Shown: positions 26,184 through 32,767 of the stretch, one piece after another
Numbering within the stretch: the stretch's first letter is position 1
Layout of the letters: the number at the start of each line of letters is the position of its first letter
IMG/VR virus record: IMGVR_UViG_3300020408_000021
Span: 1-32,767 of that record
DNA length: 32,767 nucleotides
DNA from: a virus
Taxonomy: Duplodnaviria > Caudoviricetes
Reading direction: 5' to 3' (one strand)
Notes under the pieces: model-generated
Told to the model about the DNA's origin: nothing
The model's input: only the letters and a program-made list of their open reading frames with translations
The model's database searches: none
Program-made: the position numbers and the translations under genes

Positions 26184-26362
26184 TCGTACTCTCCTTTATT
26201 TGTCCAGTCTGTAAGTTTGTCTAGTTTGTATCTCCAAGTTTTTTCAAACCTAAAAGCAACCCCCTCTAGACGGCCAGCCTTTGTCCAGCTATACACCGTA
26301 GACGTACTTACTCCTAAGTACTCAGCCGCTTGTTTGGTTGTAACAAAACCTGTTGACAACAT
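26057..26362 (-). CDS. xis: Excisionase-like helix-turn-helix protein
   Basis: TTKQAAEYLGVSTSTVYSW...G...FR...WR (HTH_17/MerR-like); directly upstream of int. Confidence 0.85.
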   Translation of the reverse strand: MLSTGFVTTKQAAEYLGVSTSTVYSWTKAGRLEGVAFRFEKTWRYKLDKLTDWTNKGEYECQRSNVVKLGTPSSSLRALNTEEQLKQLLNGKRSVSRRSYD

Positions 26363-26392
26363 TATAATGGTGTCCTTATATTATAAAGTCAA
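26353..26392. promoter_or_regulatory. Divergent overlapping promoters between xis-int and the HTH gene
   Basis: + strand TTGACA 26353-26358 with TATATT 26377-26382; - strand TTGACT 26387-26392 and TATAAT boxes at 26380-26385 and 26361-26366; very AT-rich. Confidence 0.6.
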
Positions 26393-26411
26393 TATTGATT
26401 GGTAACGAAAG

Positions 26412-26672
26412 ATGACTGACGAAGACTTTAAAAAACTTGAGATGCGAACATACGCTATAGATATATATCTACAGAAGGTTCGGACTTGGGTAACAGCAAG
26501 AGGTTTTTCACCACACGGCCTAGCCCGTAATTGCGGACTTGGACCCGGAACTTTAGCCAAAATGTTTACACCTGATTGGAACCCTAGAGCCGACACATTA
26601 CGCATCCTTGAAGACTATATGATGGACTTTGACGAGAGACGAAAGAACGCAGAGAAAAACAAGCCAGCTTAA
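26412..26672 (+). CDS. XRE/Cro-like HTH regulator (86 aa)
   Basis: SPHGLARNCGLGPGTL...WNPRADTLRILE; only + strand gene in the right arm, divergent from xis. Confidence 0.75.
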   Translation: MTDEDFKKLEMRTYAIDIYLQKVRTWVTARGFSPHGLARNCGLGPGTLAKMFTPDWNPRADTLRILEDYMMDFDERRKNAEKNKPA

Positions 26673-26980
26673 ATTAGCTTGAGTTGTGTTTCACTGGTTT
26701 CTTCTTCCTGTAATGCATCAATAAGCCATTGCAGATACACTGACGCTTTACGTAGGTCCTCTATCTGGTTCTTATCGCGGAACCGGTGAAGATACTTCTT
26801 TGCGTTTCCCTCACAGAAATATGAGAAGCCAACCGGACCCATACTATCTTTGATGTAATCAATACATTCGATGTTCCCCCGCGTGTAGTGCGGGGGATTA
26901 TCGACCATGTCTTTTTTATCTTCTTGTCTCATCTTCCAAAGCATCCAATCATAATATCTGTCAGGTTCTTTATCAGACAC
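26669..26980 (-). CDS. DUF3310 (SaV / T7 gp1.7-like) protein
   Basis: DMVDNPPHY...IECID...GNAKKYL.R...K...EDLRKA..YL; start uncertain (GTG 26980 preferred to ATG 26995). Confidence 0.85.
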   Translation of the reverse strand: MSDKEPDRYYDWMLWKMRQEDKKDMVDNPPHYTRGNIECIDYIKDSMGPVGFSYFCEGNAKKYLHRFRDKNQIEDLRKASVYLQWLIDALQEEETSETQLKLI

Positions 26981-28658
26981 CGCAACTTCCCCCATGTCCG
27001 GTTATGTCGCAAATGTCATGGGTCTCGACAGCTTCTTCAAACTCTTCACCCAGTTTGCTCTTTGCTTCTTTGTAATCGACAGAGACCAAAGGCTGTCCAC
27101 CACGCGAACCATCTGGGTAGCAAGTGAAGCCACGTAGACGGTGCATGTATTTCGCAAGGGTCTCTGCAAACGGACGGACTGTGTCTTCGTTGTTCAGCTT
27201 GGAACCCCATGACGGTAAATTGATTGTGCTTGAGATAGACATGTCTACATAATCTTGCACGTCTGCTTGAAATGCCATGCGGCGTTCATAGTCCGCAGAC
27301 AAGTCCAACGCACTCTCAATCTTTTCTGGCTGGATATCATAGCGGTCAATCACAGCTTGCGCCGCCGCATCCACCACATACTGATAGTGCCACTTGCTAC
27401 CGCCCTTCAGATACCGCCTCTTATATGCAACAGCAAACAGCGGTTCGATGCCTGTGGTGGTAGCGGCTAAGATTCCGATAGAACCAGTCGGGGCAATGGC
27501 GCGAACCTTGACCGGTCTGCTTATGCCCAAATCATCTGCTGTCTTGTTTGATACATGGTCAGACACAGACTTGTAGACATGCAACCAGCGGTGCATTTCT
27601 TCTGTGACTTCATACTGCTGTCCGCGCTGGAGCAACCACTCATGCATACCCATGAGACCCAAACCAAGACGGCGGTTCTTTTCACGAACCTTATATACCT
27701 CATCATATGGAAGCTGTGCTTTTAGTGTGCCACAAATCAGGAACTTGGTAGCCAGTTCTACACACTGACGGAACTCAGCAATGTCTTCTATTCGAGACAT
27801 GTTCAATGAGCCAAGATTACAGACATCACTATCATCTTCAGACGTGACTTCTGTACATGCATTACGCAATGTCTCGTTCTCGTTCTCGAAGAAATTAAAG
27901 CTGAACCCCGGCTCCGCTGATGACAGAGCCTGACGTGTGTTGTCGTAGAACAACTCTGGCAACTTCCCAGTTCGCCAATAATCTTCTAAGAACTTGGTGT
28001 CCCAGTTGACAGATATATTAGTCATGTCTAGTGGGGCCGCATAATTAAAGTCAGCTTCTTTCAGATCAGCTACAGTCTTGTCTGTGCCAGCAACCGGCAT
28101 AGACTTCCAATCTTTAGCACGTAAGAACGCTTCAACGTCTGAGTGTTGCCAGTTCAGAGATGCATAAATAGCTGAACGTCTGCTACCGCCCTGCATGACA
28201 CGCCGACCAATCTCATTGATAGCTGTCATTAAATCAATCGGACCTGATGCTACACCGCCAGTCCGCTTGAGTGGTGCGCCTTTGCCACGCAGTATAGAAT
28301 AGTCCACACCAATGCCACCGCCAGACATCAGACATGACATGGCTCGTTGAGACACAGCGGCCCATTCTTCACGGGTGTCTTCTTGGGCGCGAAGCAAATA
28401 ACAGTTGTTGAAAAACTTTGCAGGGCGACCAGCGTAGTATAGATAGCGACCACCGGGTATGAAACGCATAGTCGCAATCATCCATTTCAATTGGTCTACT
28501 TCAGACTGTGGTAGCACACTGCCGCAGACATCATCGACCAGCGTGTTCGCCAGTTCTTCCCATGTCTCTGCGCCCTCGTGGCTGTACTTGTGGTGAAAAA
28601 TACTTTCTGCAAATTCGTTGCGGAATACGGAAGTGTTTTGTTTATACATTGCGGACAT
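26973..28658 (-). CDS. nrdJ: Class II (adenosylcobalamin-dependent) ribonucleotide reductase
   Basis: PGGRY, NNCY, GGGIG, NACTE, CNLGS, APTGS, TCYPDGSR (no YY pair), C-terminal Cys pair; no beta-subunit gene adjacent; start refined to after the polymerase stop (AAGGT RBS). Confidence 0.88.
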   Translation of the reverse strand: MSAMYKQNTSVFRNEFAESIFHHKYSHEGAETWEELANTLVDDVCGSVLPQSEVDQLKWMIATMRFIPGGRYLYYAGRPAKFFNNCYLLRAQEDTREEWAAVSQRAMSCLMSGGGIGVDYSILRGKGAPLKRTGGVASGPIDLMTAINEIGRRVMQGGSRRSAIYASLNWQHSDVEAFLRAKDWKSMPVAGTDKTVADLKEADFNYAAPLDMTNISVNWDTKFLEDYWRTGKLPELFYDNTRQALSSAEPGFSFNFFENENETLRNACTEVTSEDDSDVCNLGSLNMSRIEDIAEFRQCVELATKFLICGTLKAQLPYDEVYKVREKNRRLGLGLMGMHEWLLQRGQQYEVTEEMHRWLHVYKSVSDHVSNKTADDLGISRPVKVRAIAPTGSIGILAATTTGIEPLFAVAYKRRYLKGGSKWHYQYVVDAAAQAVIDRYDIQPEKIESALDLSADYERRMAFQADVQDYVDMSISSTINLPSWGSKLNNEDTVRPFAETLAKYMHRLRGFTCYPDGSRGGQPLVSVDYKEAKSKLGEEFEEAVETHDICDITGHGGSCGV

Positions 28659-28669
28659 CAATAAATACC

Positions 28670-30817
28670 TTACTTTGCCTCGCCCCAAGTCTTGCCAATG
28701 TCACCTTCGACCAGACCGCGTTGAGGTATATTTTTAAACAAAGACGTTGCGGCCCATCGCATTGTCTCAAGCATCAGTGCCAATGTTTCTTCAGCGTGTT
28801 CATCAGGAACTTCCGCAATCAGTTCATCGTGAACAACGTGAACCAGATAGGCTGGAATATCCCCCCAACATTTGGGGAACTTGCTAAGAGCCAACAGCAT
28901 TATCTCTGCCGCACCGCCTTGGCACGGCGTGTTGATTGACTTGGTAAAAAGCTGAGTAGATTTGAACGGAGCGTATACCCGTCCTTGCGGTGTCCATAAG
29001 AACCCGCTCCTGTCAGCCCTTTCCCGTGTCTTTCGTATCCAATCCCTGAGACCTGTATAGAGGTCCAACACTTCGTGCTGAATTCTACCAGCCTCATGGA
29101 CTGTGGTTGGATGCCCGTTAGTAGTCAGCACCTGTGCTAGACCCCTTGGACCCTGACCAAATAGAAGACCAAAGATGCAAGCCTTTGCGGCCTGACGCAT
29201 CCACTTTCCCTCACCAGCTTTGAAGTAATCGTCACCGGTCTCGTTTGGATAGTCACCTTTGAAGCAGTGACGGGCGGTCAAAGTGTGAATATCCAAACCG
29301 TCTTCTATCGCGTCCAACAAAACCTTGTCTTTTGACAAAGCCGCTGGGACGCGAACTTCGATTTGACCATAGTCACACACCACCAGACTATGGCGGTCTT
29401 TGGATTTAAAAAGATGTCGGAACTCTGGCGTGGCATTAATAGTTTGCAGTGCCGGTTCTGTTACGCTGAAGCGTCCTGTTTCCGTGCCACCGATGCGAAA
29501 GTTTGCGTGTATACGCTGAGATACAGGGTTAACAAATCGTGTAAACTTCTCACCCAATGTGCTGTTATTTTTCTTTGCATCAGCCCATTCAGCAAGTGCC
29601 AGCAACGGTGGTCTAAACTCTTCCACAAGTTGAGTAATGTTTTCGAGAACCTCAACCTTGCCAACCTTTAACTGACCTGTGTCTGTCTTCGGCCAGTTGT
29701 CTGTAGTATATGGCTCACGTAACATCAGGTGATACCGCAACCAATTCGCAACTTGGGTTGTGCTGGCTGGGTTCTCAACGATGGGTGCGCCGTCCGCGCC
29801 ACAAGAACTGAACAACTCAAGAGACTTCTGTCTACCTTCTGTGTCTCTGTCTGCCATGTCTACACACAGCTTCTCATGAGCCGTGCTGTCAAACCCTATG
29901 CCGTTGGTCATGACCTCGTTGACCGCTCTGATACTGGAGCGCATAAGATTATAGACCCATTCACATTCTTCGTAAGGTGTGCGCTTGCTGTCCTTGACCA
30001 ACGCAAGCTGGGCCTCATGTAACAACCAAGTAGCTACCACGTCACCAGCCGCATACCGGACTTGCTCTGTGTCTAGCTCTGGCTTAGACCAATCGGATGC
30101 CTGTTGTTCTTTGCTAGGTTCTTTATCCAGAACAACGCGACATCTTTCGGCCAGCGTCTTCCGCTCTGTTGTAAGAGATACAAGGGCCTGTGCCTGAAGC
30201 AATGTGCAATGCGGATGTCTAAATGGTATGATGCCATGCTGTGTCAGCATCTTCACATCGAACTGTGCGTTATGAGCCAGCCACACAACATTGTACAAGT
30301 TGAGTAGACGTTTACCTATCTCATCAAACTTACCCAGCGACACAGCCCAGCGGTCTATTACATGCACCGCCCCCATGCCATCATATATCTGGAGAAGTCG
30401 GACTTGTCCTGTACCTACATTCAGCCCTGCCCGTTTCACATGTCTGGCTATGTCATTCAGTATGCTACGTGCATCGTCCATCTTATCTTTGACGGACTGT
30501 CGGTCTGCCTTTTGCTGGTCAGTCAGCTTGGCAATGACAGGAAACTTCTCAAACTCCTCGCGGATTTTGTTGTAGGTTTCCTGTTCAGAGCGGTACTTGT
30601 CTAGAAGAGACATGACAGCCGCTGTCTCAACATCGACAGACAAAAGCATCGGGTCCATCTGTGTATGGAACTTCAGCTTCTGTTCAAACTCTTCAAGCAT
30701 GATGTCTACGTCAGCATCCGTAGTGATGAAGTTGAGTTCAACACCATGCATAAAGTCATGATATTTTGGAGTGGCGGCTGTCTCACCGCCCCCCAATACG
30801 TCCTGTAAGTCTGCCAT
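28670..30817 (-). CDS. polA: Family A DNA polymerase with 3'-5' exonuclease
   Basis: ExoI DVET, ExoII HNAQFD, ExoIII YAAGD; TETGRFS, motif A DYGQIEVR, motif B RQAAKACIFGLLFG, motif C HDEL. Confidence 0.96.
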   Translation of the reverse strand: MADLQDVLGGGETAATPKYHDFMHGVELNFITTDADVDIMLEEFEQKLKFHTQMDPMLLSVDVETAAVMSLLDKYRSEQETYNKIREEFEKFPVIAKLTDQQKADRQSVKDKMDDARSILNDIARHVKRAGLNVGTGQVRLLQIYDGMGAVHVIDRWAVSLGKFDEIGKRLLNLYNVVWLAHNAQFDVKMLTQHGIIPFRHPHCTLLQAQALVSLTTERKTLAERCRVVLDKEPSKEQQASDWSKPELDTEQVRYAAGDVVATWLLHEAQLALVKDSKRTPYEECEWVYNLMRSSIRAVNEVMTNGIGFDSTAHEKLCVDMADRDTEGRQKSLELFSSCGADGAPIVENPASTTQVANWLRYHLMLREPYTTDNWPKTDTGQLKVGKVEVLENITQLVEEFRPPLLALAEWADAKKNNSTLGEKFTRFVNPVSQRIHANFRIGGTETGRFSVTEPALQTINATPEFRHLFKSKDRHSLVVCDYGQIEVRVPAALSKDKVLLDAIEDGLDIHTLTARHCFKGDYPNETGDDYFKAGEGKWMRQAAKACIFGLLFGQGPRGLAQVLTTNGHPTTVHEAGRIQHEVLDLYTGLRDWIRKTRERADRSGFLWTPQGRVYAPFKSTQLFTKSINTPCQGGAAEIMLLALSKFPKCWGDIPAYLVHVVHDELIAEVPDEHAEETLALMLETMRWAATSLFKNIPQRGLVEGDIGKTWGEAK

Positions 30818-30819
30818 GT

Positions 30820-31485
30820 CTATTCCAGAGGGATGTCTTTAGATGCAGATGAACCTTCGGTAGACGCTGTCTCTGTCTGGACAGGCGGCTGGTCATCTGG
30901 TGTCACCCACCGAGAAATTTCCATAGCAGGGATTTGCACCTTGCCATACTGACGATGCTTGTAATGGTCGGCAAAGAACTTCACCACCGGCACCTCGTTA
31001 TGATGTGCGCCAGTGCGAACCTCTTTAATCCACTGCTTAATCATCTCGCCAGTTGCACGTTGCGCTCCATTGGATGAGCCGGTGAACTGGGCATAGATGT
31101 TTCCTTCCACACCCATGCTTGGAAGGATGTTCATTTGGAAGCGGACGTTCTTTGACCAGCCATCATTCTGCTGAGTAAAGGGTCCGTGGTCTGGCAACAT
31201 GTCCTGTGATGCCATGTCTTCACCAAGGCCATACCAGATTTCATCTACGAGTTGGCCATCCTTCCAGCACACCCAGCCGAACTGGATATTTGGTAGGTCC
31301 GGCACAGCCTCAAAGCTGTTGTCTGGAAAGGTATCTTCTTCGCGCCCAATGACCCACTCACCTTTCTTGAACTTGATATACTGCATACCACCACTGGTTA
31401 AATCAGCGGTTGCAGTCTCAAGAGAGTTGGCAAGGGCGTCAATGTTTGCTACATCAAACTTAGGGGTTACAGCTAGTTGTGACAT
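30820..31485 (-). CDS. Putative single-stranded DNA-binding protein
   Basis: Start refined to ATG 31485 (AAGGA RBS); KF.KGEWVIG, GWVCWKDG, PVV....Y.H..YGKV..P...I..W; acidic tail ending DIPLE; between exonuclease and polymerase. Confidence 0.7.
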   Translation of the reverse strand: MSQLAVTPKFDVANIDALANSLETATADLTSGGMQYIKFKKGEWVIGREEDTFPDNSFEAVPDLPNIQFGWVCWKDGQLVDEIWYGLGEDMASQDMLPDHGPFTQQNDGWSKNVRFQMNILPSMGVEGNIYAQFTGSSNGAQRATGEMIKQWIKEVRTGAHHNEVPVVKFFADHYKHRQYGKVQIPAMEISRWVTPDDQPPVQTETASTEGSSASKDIPLE

Positions 31486-31519
31486 CTCTATTCCTTTTTG
31501 TTCTATGTCTGTGTCTAGA

Positions 31520-32608
31520 TTAAGTGCGTAAAGTGACAGAGAGACGGGGTGTGTATTCGCCCTCCGTTTGAAAGTCGCTAGGTTGTAGCCCCGCTTTTTC
31601 AAACTTCTCTTTGTCGTAACGCGGTGGTGATTTCTGTGCGTACACAGAAACCGAACCCCAGTCAGCTTTCACCTTCTTGGTGTCTGCTTCTGAGAGAACC
31701 TCTTTGATTTCCTGTTCTACATCACGCACCTTCTGCTCATTGTCCTTCTTATCGGAGACAAGCGCGGCACGTTTGGTAGCCAGTTCATACAGGCGTTGTT
31801 CAACAGCCTGTTCATAATTAGATTTTTCTTCGGTGGGCAGTGCGGCAACAAGGTCACCGTTACATTGTCTGCGCCAAGCACAGTACTGACACTCGTCACC
31901 GCCCATCAACTTGCCCTCTGCCATAGGTAGTTTCTCTGGTGAGTACCAGTTGAATACTTCAAGGCTTCTGGCACGTAGACCGTCAGCTATCTTCTGGTCA
32001 AACGGTATAATGAAAGTCTTTATCTGCGAATAGAAACTGGCATTCACATATGTGATCACAGCATGTGTTGGCTCGTACTCTGTAAGACGGCGAACTAAGT
32101 CCATGCCTTGTTGACATTGCAGTGCGTGTACATGTTTTGGTTCTTTCAAGAAATCATACGGGCGCGGGTCAATAGATTTTATTTCATTGTAAACGCAGTT
32201 GGTCAGAACATCCGTGCCATCTACATTGAGCGGAAACAAATCCTTGGATACAAACAGTCCGTCCGGTGTGGCAGACTGATAAGCCAGCTTGTCCACTAGT
32301 GTCTGTTGACCCTCGTCTGTGGCCCAAAGTAACTGGATGTCATCTGGCAGACTGTGTTGCAAACCTTCGACAACCCAGTCTTCCATTGCATTACCGCGCT
32401 CTGCCGCACCGTAGTCTTGCACAAATCCGGTGTCTGGATGAATGTTATGCTTATCATAAACAAGTTTGCGCTGACACTGACCCACCTCAGATGCGCCAAC
32501 TGTCATGGAACGGTCGTGTCCACCCCAAGTCTTGCTCTCTGATTTGCGGCTAATGTTTGATAACAACATGGCCTTTGGGTCTAGTTTAAAGTCATCCATC
32601 CTCATCAT
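31520..32608 (-). CDS. Cas4-like / PD-(D/E)XK exonuclease
   Basis: ASEVGQC.R, ATPDG, EIKS, Q..Q, CQYC.....C (1+3 Cys Fe-S arrangement). Confidence 0.88.
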   Translation of the reverse strand: MMRMDDFKLDPKAMLLSNISRKSESKTWGGHDRSMTVGASEVGQCQRKLVYDKHNIHPDTGFVQDYGAAERGNAMEDWVVEGLQHSLPDDIQLLWATDEGQQTLVDKLAYQSATPDGLFVSKDLFPLNVDGTDVLTNCVYNEIKSIDPRPYDFLKEPKHVHALQCQQGMDLVRRLTEYEPTHAVITYVNASFYSQIKTFIIPFDQKIADGLRARSLEVFNWYSPEKLPMAEGKLMGGDECQYCAWRRQCNGDLVAALPTEEKSNYEQAVEQRLYELATKRAALVSDKKDNEQKVRDVEQEIKEVLSEADTKKVKADWGSVSVYAQKSPPRYDKEKFEKAGLQPSDFQTEGEYTPRLSVTLRT

Positions 32609-32765
32609 CGTCCTTATCTATTAGGTGTGAGTAATCACAAATCGGATTTGGTTTAGTTGGCGCAAAATACATGGCAAATTTACCGGCATCTGTAGGCGGG
32701 TGTAGTCTCTCACATGTATCGCAGAGCCTTTGTATTGCGGCATGTTGTGCGGTAAAGTGTTCCCC
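32592..32765 (-). CDS. 3' end of a small hypothetical gene (partial)
   Basis: Open frame GEHFTAQHAAIQRLCDTCERLHPP...DKDDDEDG* overlapping the exonuclease start; contains CxxC. Confidence 0.5.
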   Translation of the reverse strand, partial: GEHFTAQHAAIQRLCDTCERLHPPTDAGKFAMYFAPTKPNPICDYSHLIDKDDDEDG

Positions 32766-32767
32766 TA

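Larger units (their letters stand above)
1..32767. mobile_element. Temperate tailed bacteriophage genome segment (non-integrated configuration)
   Basis: Dense operons of virion, lysis, integration and replication genes; no host housekeeping genes; phage genes on both sides of an intact att core. Confidence 0.96.

Noticed and set aside
29700-30000. HMO-2011-type DnaJ zinc-finger insert in the polymerase
   Set aside because: No CxxCxGxG repeats between exonuclease and polymerase domains
31520-32608. CRISPR-Cas system suggested by the Cas4-like protein
   Set aside because: No repeat-spacer array or other cas genes; solo Cas4-like nucleases are common in phage replication modules

Overview
The whole window is part of a tailed-phage genome (podovirus-like, temperate, most similar in gene content to marine phages of Alphaproteobacteria; no host genes seen). 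The + strand (1-24.7 kb) carries a late module: four putative internal virion/ejection proteins including a 2604-aa multidomain ('polyvalent') protein, an array of about 12 tail-fibre/adhesin genes with shuffled N-terminal and head modules, a cluster of small Lys/Arg-rich proteins, a T7-lysozyme-like amidase, a holin and MazG. The - strand (24.6-32.8 kb) carries integrase, excisionase, DUF3310, class II ribonucleotide reductase, family-A DNA polymerase, an SSB-like protein and a Cas4-like exonuclease. Between the two arms is a lambda-style attP with a 48-bp core equal to the 3' half of a tRNA-Trp(CCA), arm-type repeats and IHF-like sites. The most interesting observations are the effector-like block in the giant protein (HExxH peptidase, HhH-glycosylase-like region and possible SAM-lyase-like region, separated by a recurring F-x-R linker motif), the combinatorial adhesin array, a 12-bp motif enriched in intergenic gaps, apparent avoidance of GCWGC/CCWGG/GATC/GANTC, and a helical insertion next to the polymerase ExoI motif. 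All family assignments are from motif recognition by eye; no database search was run.
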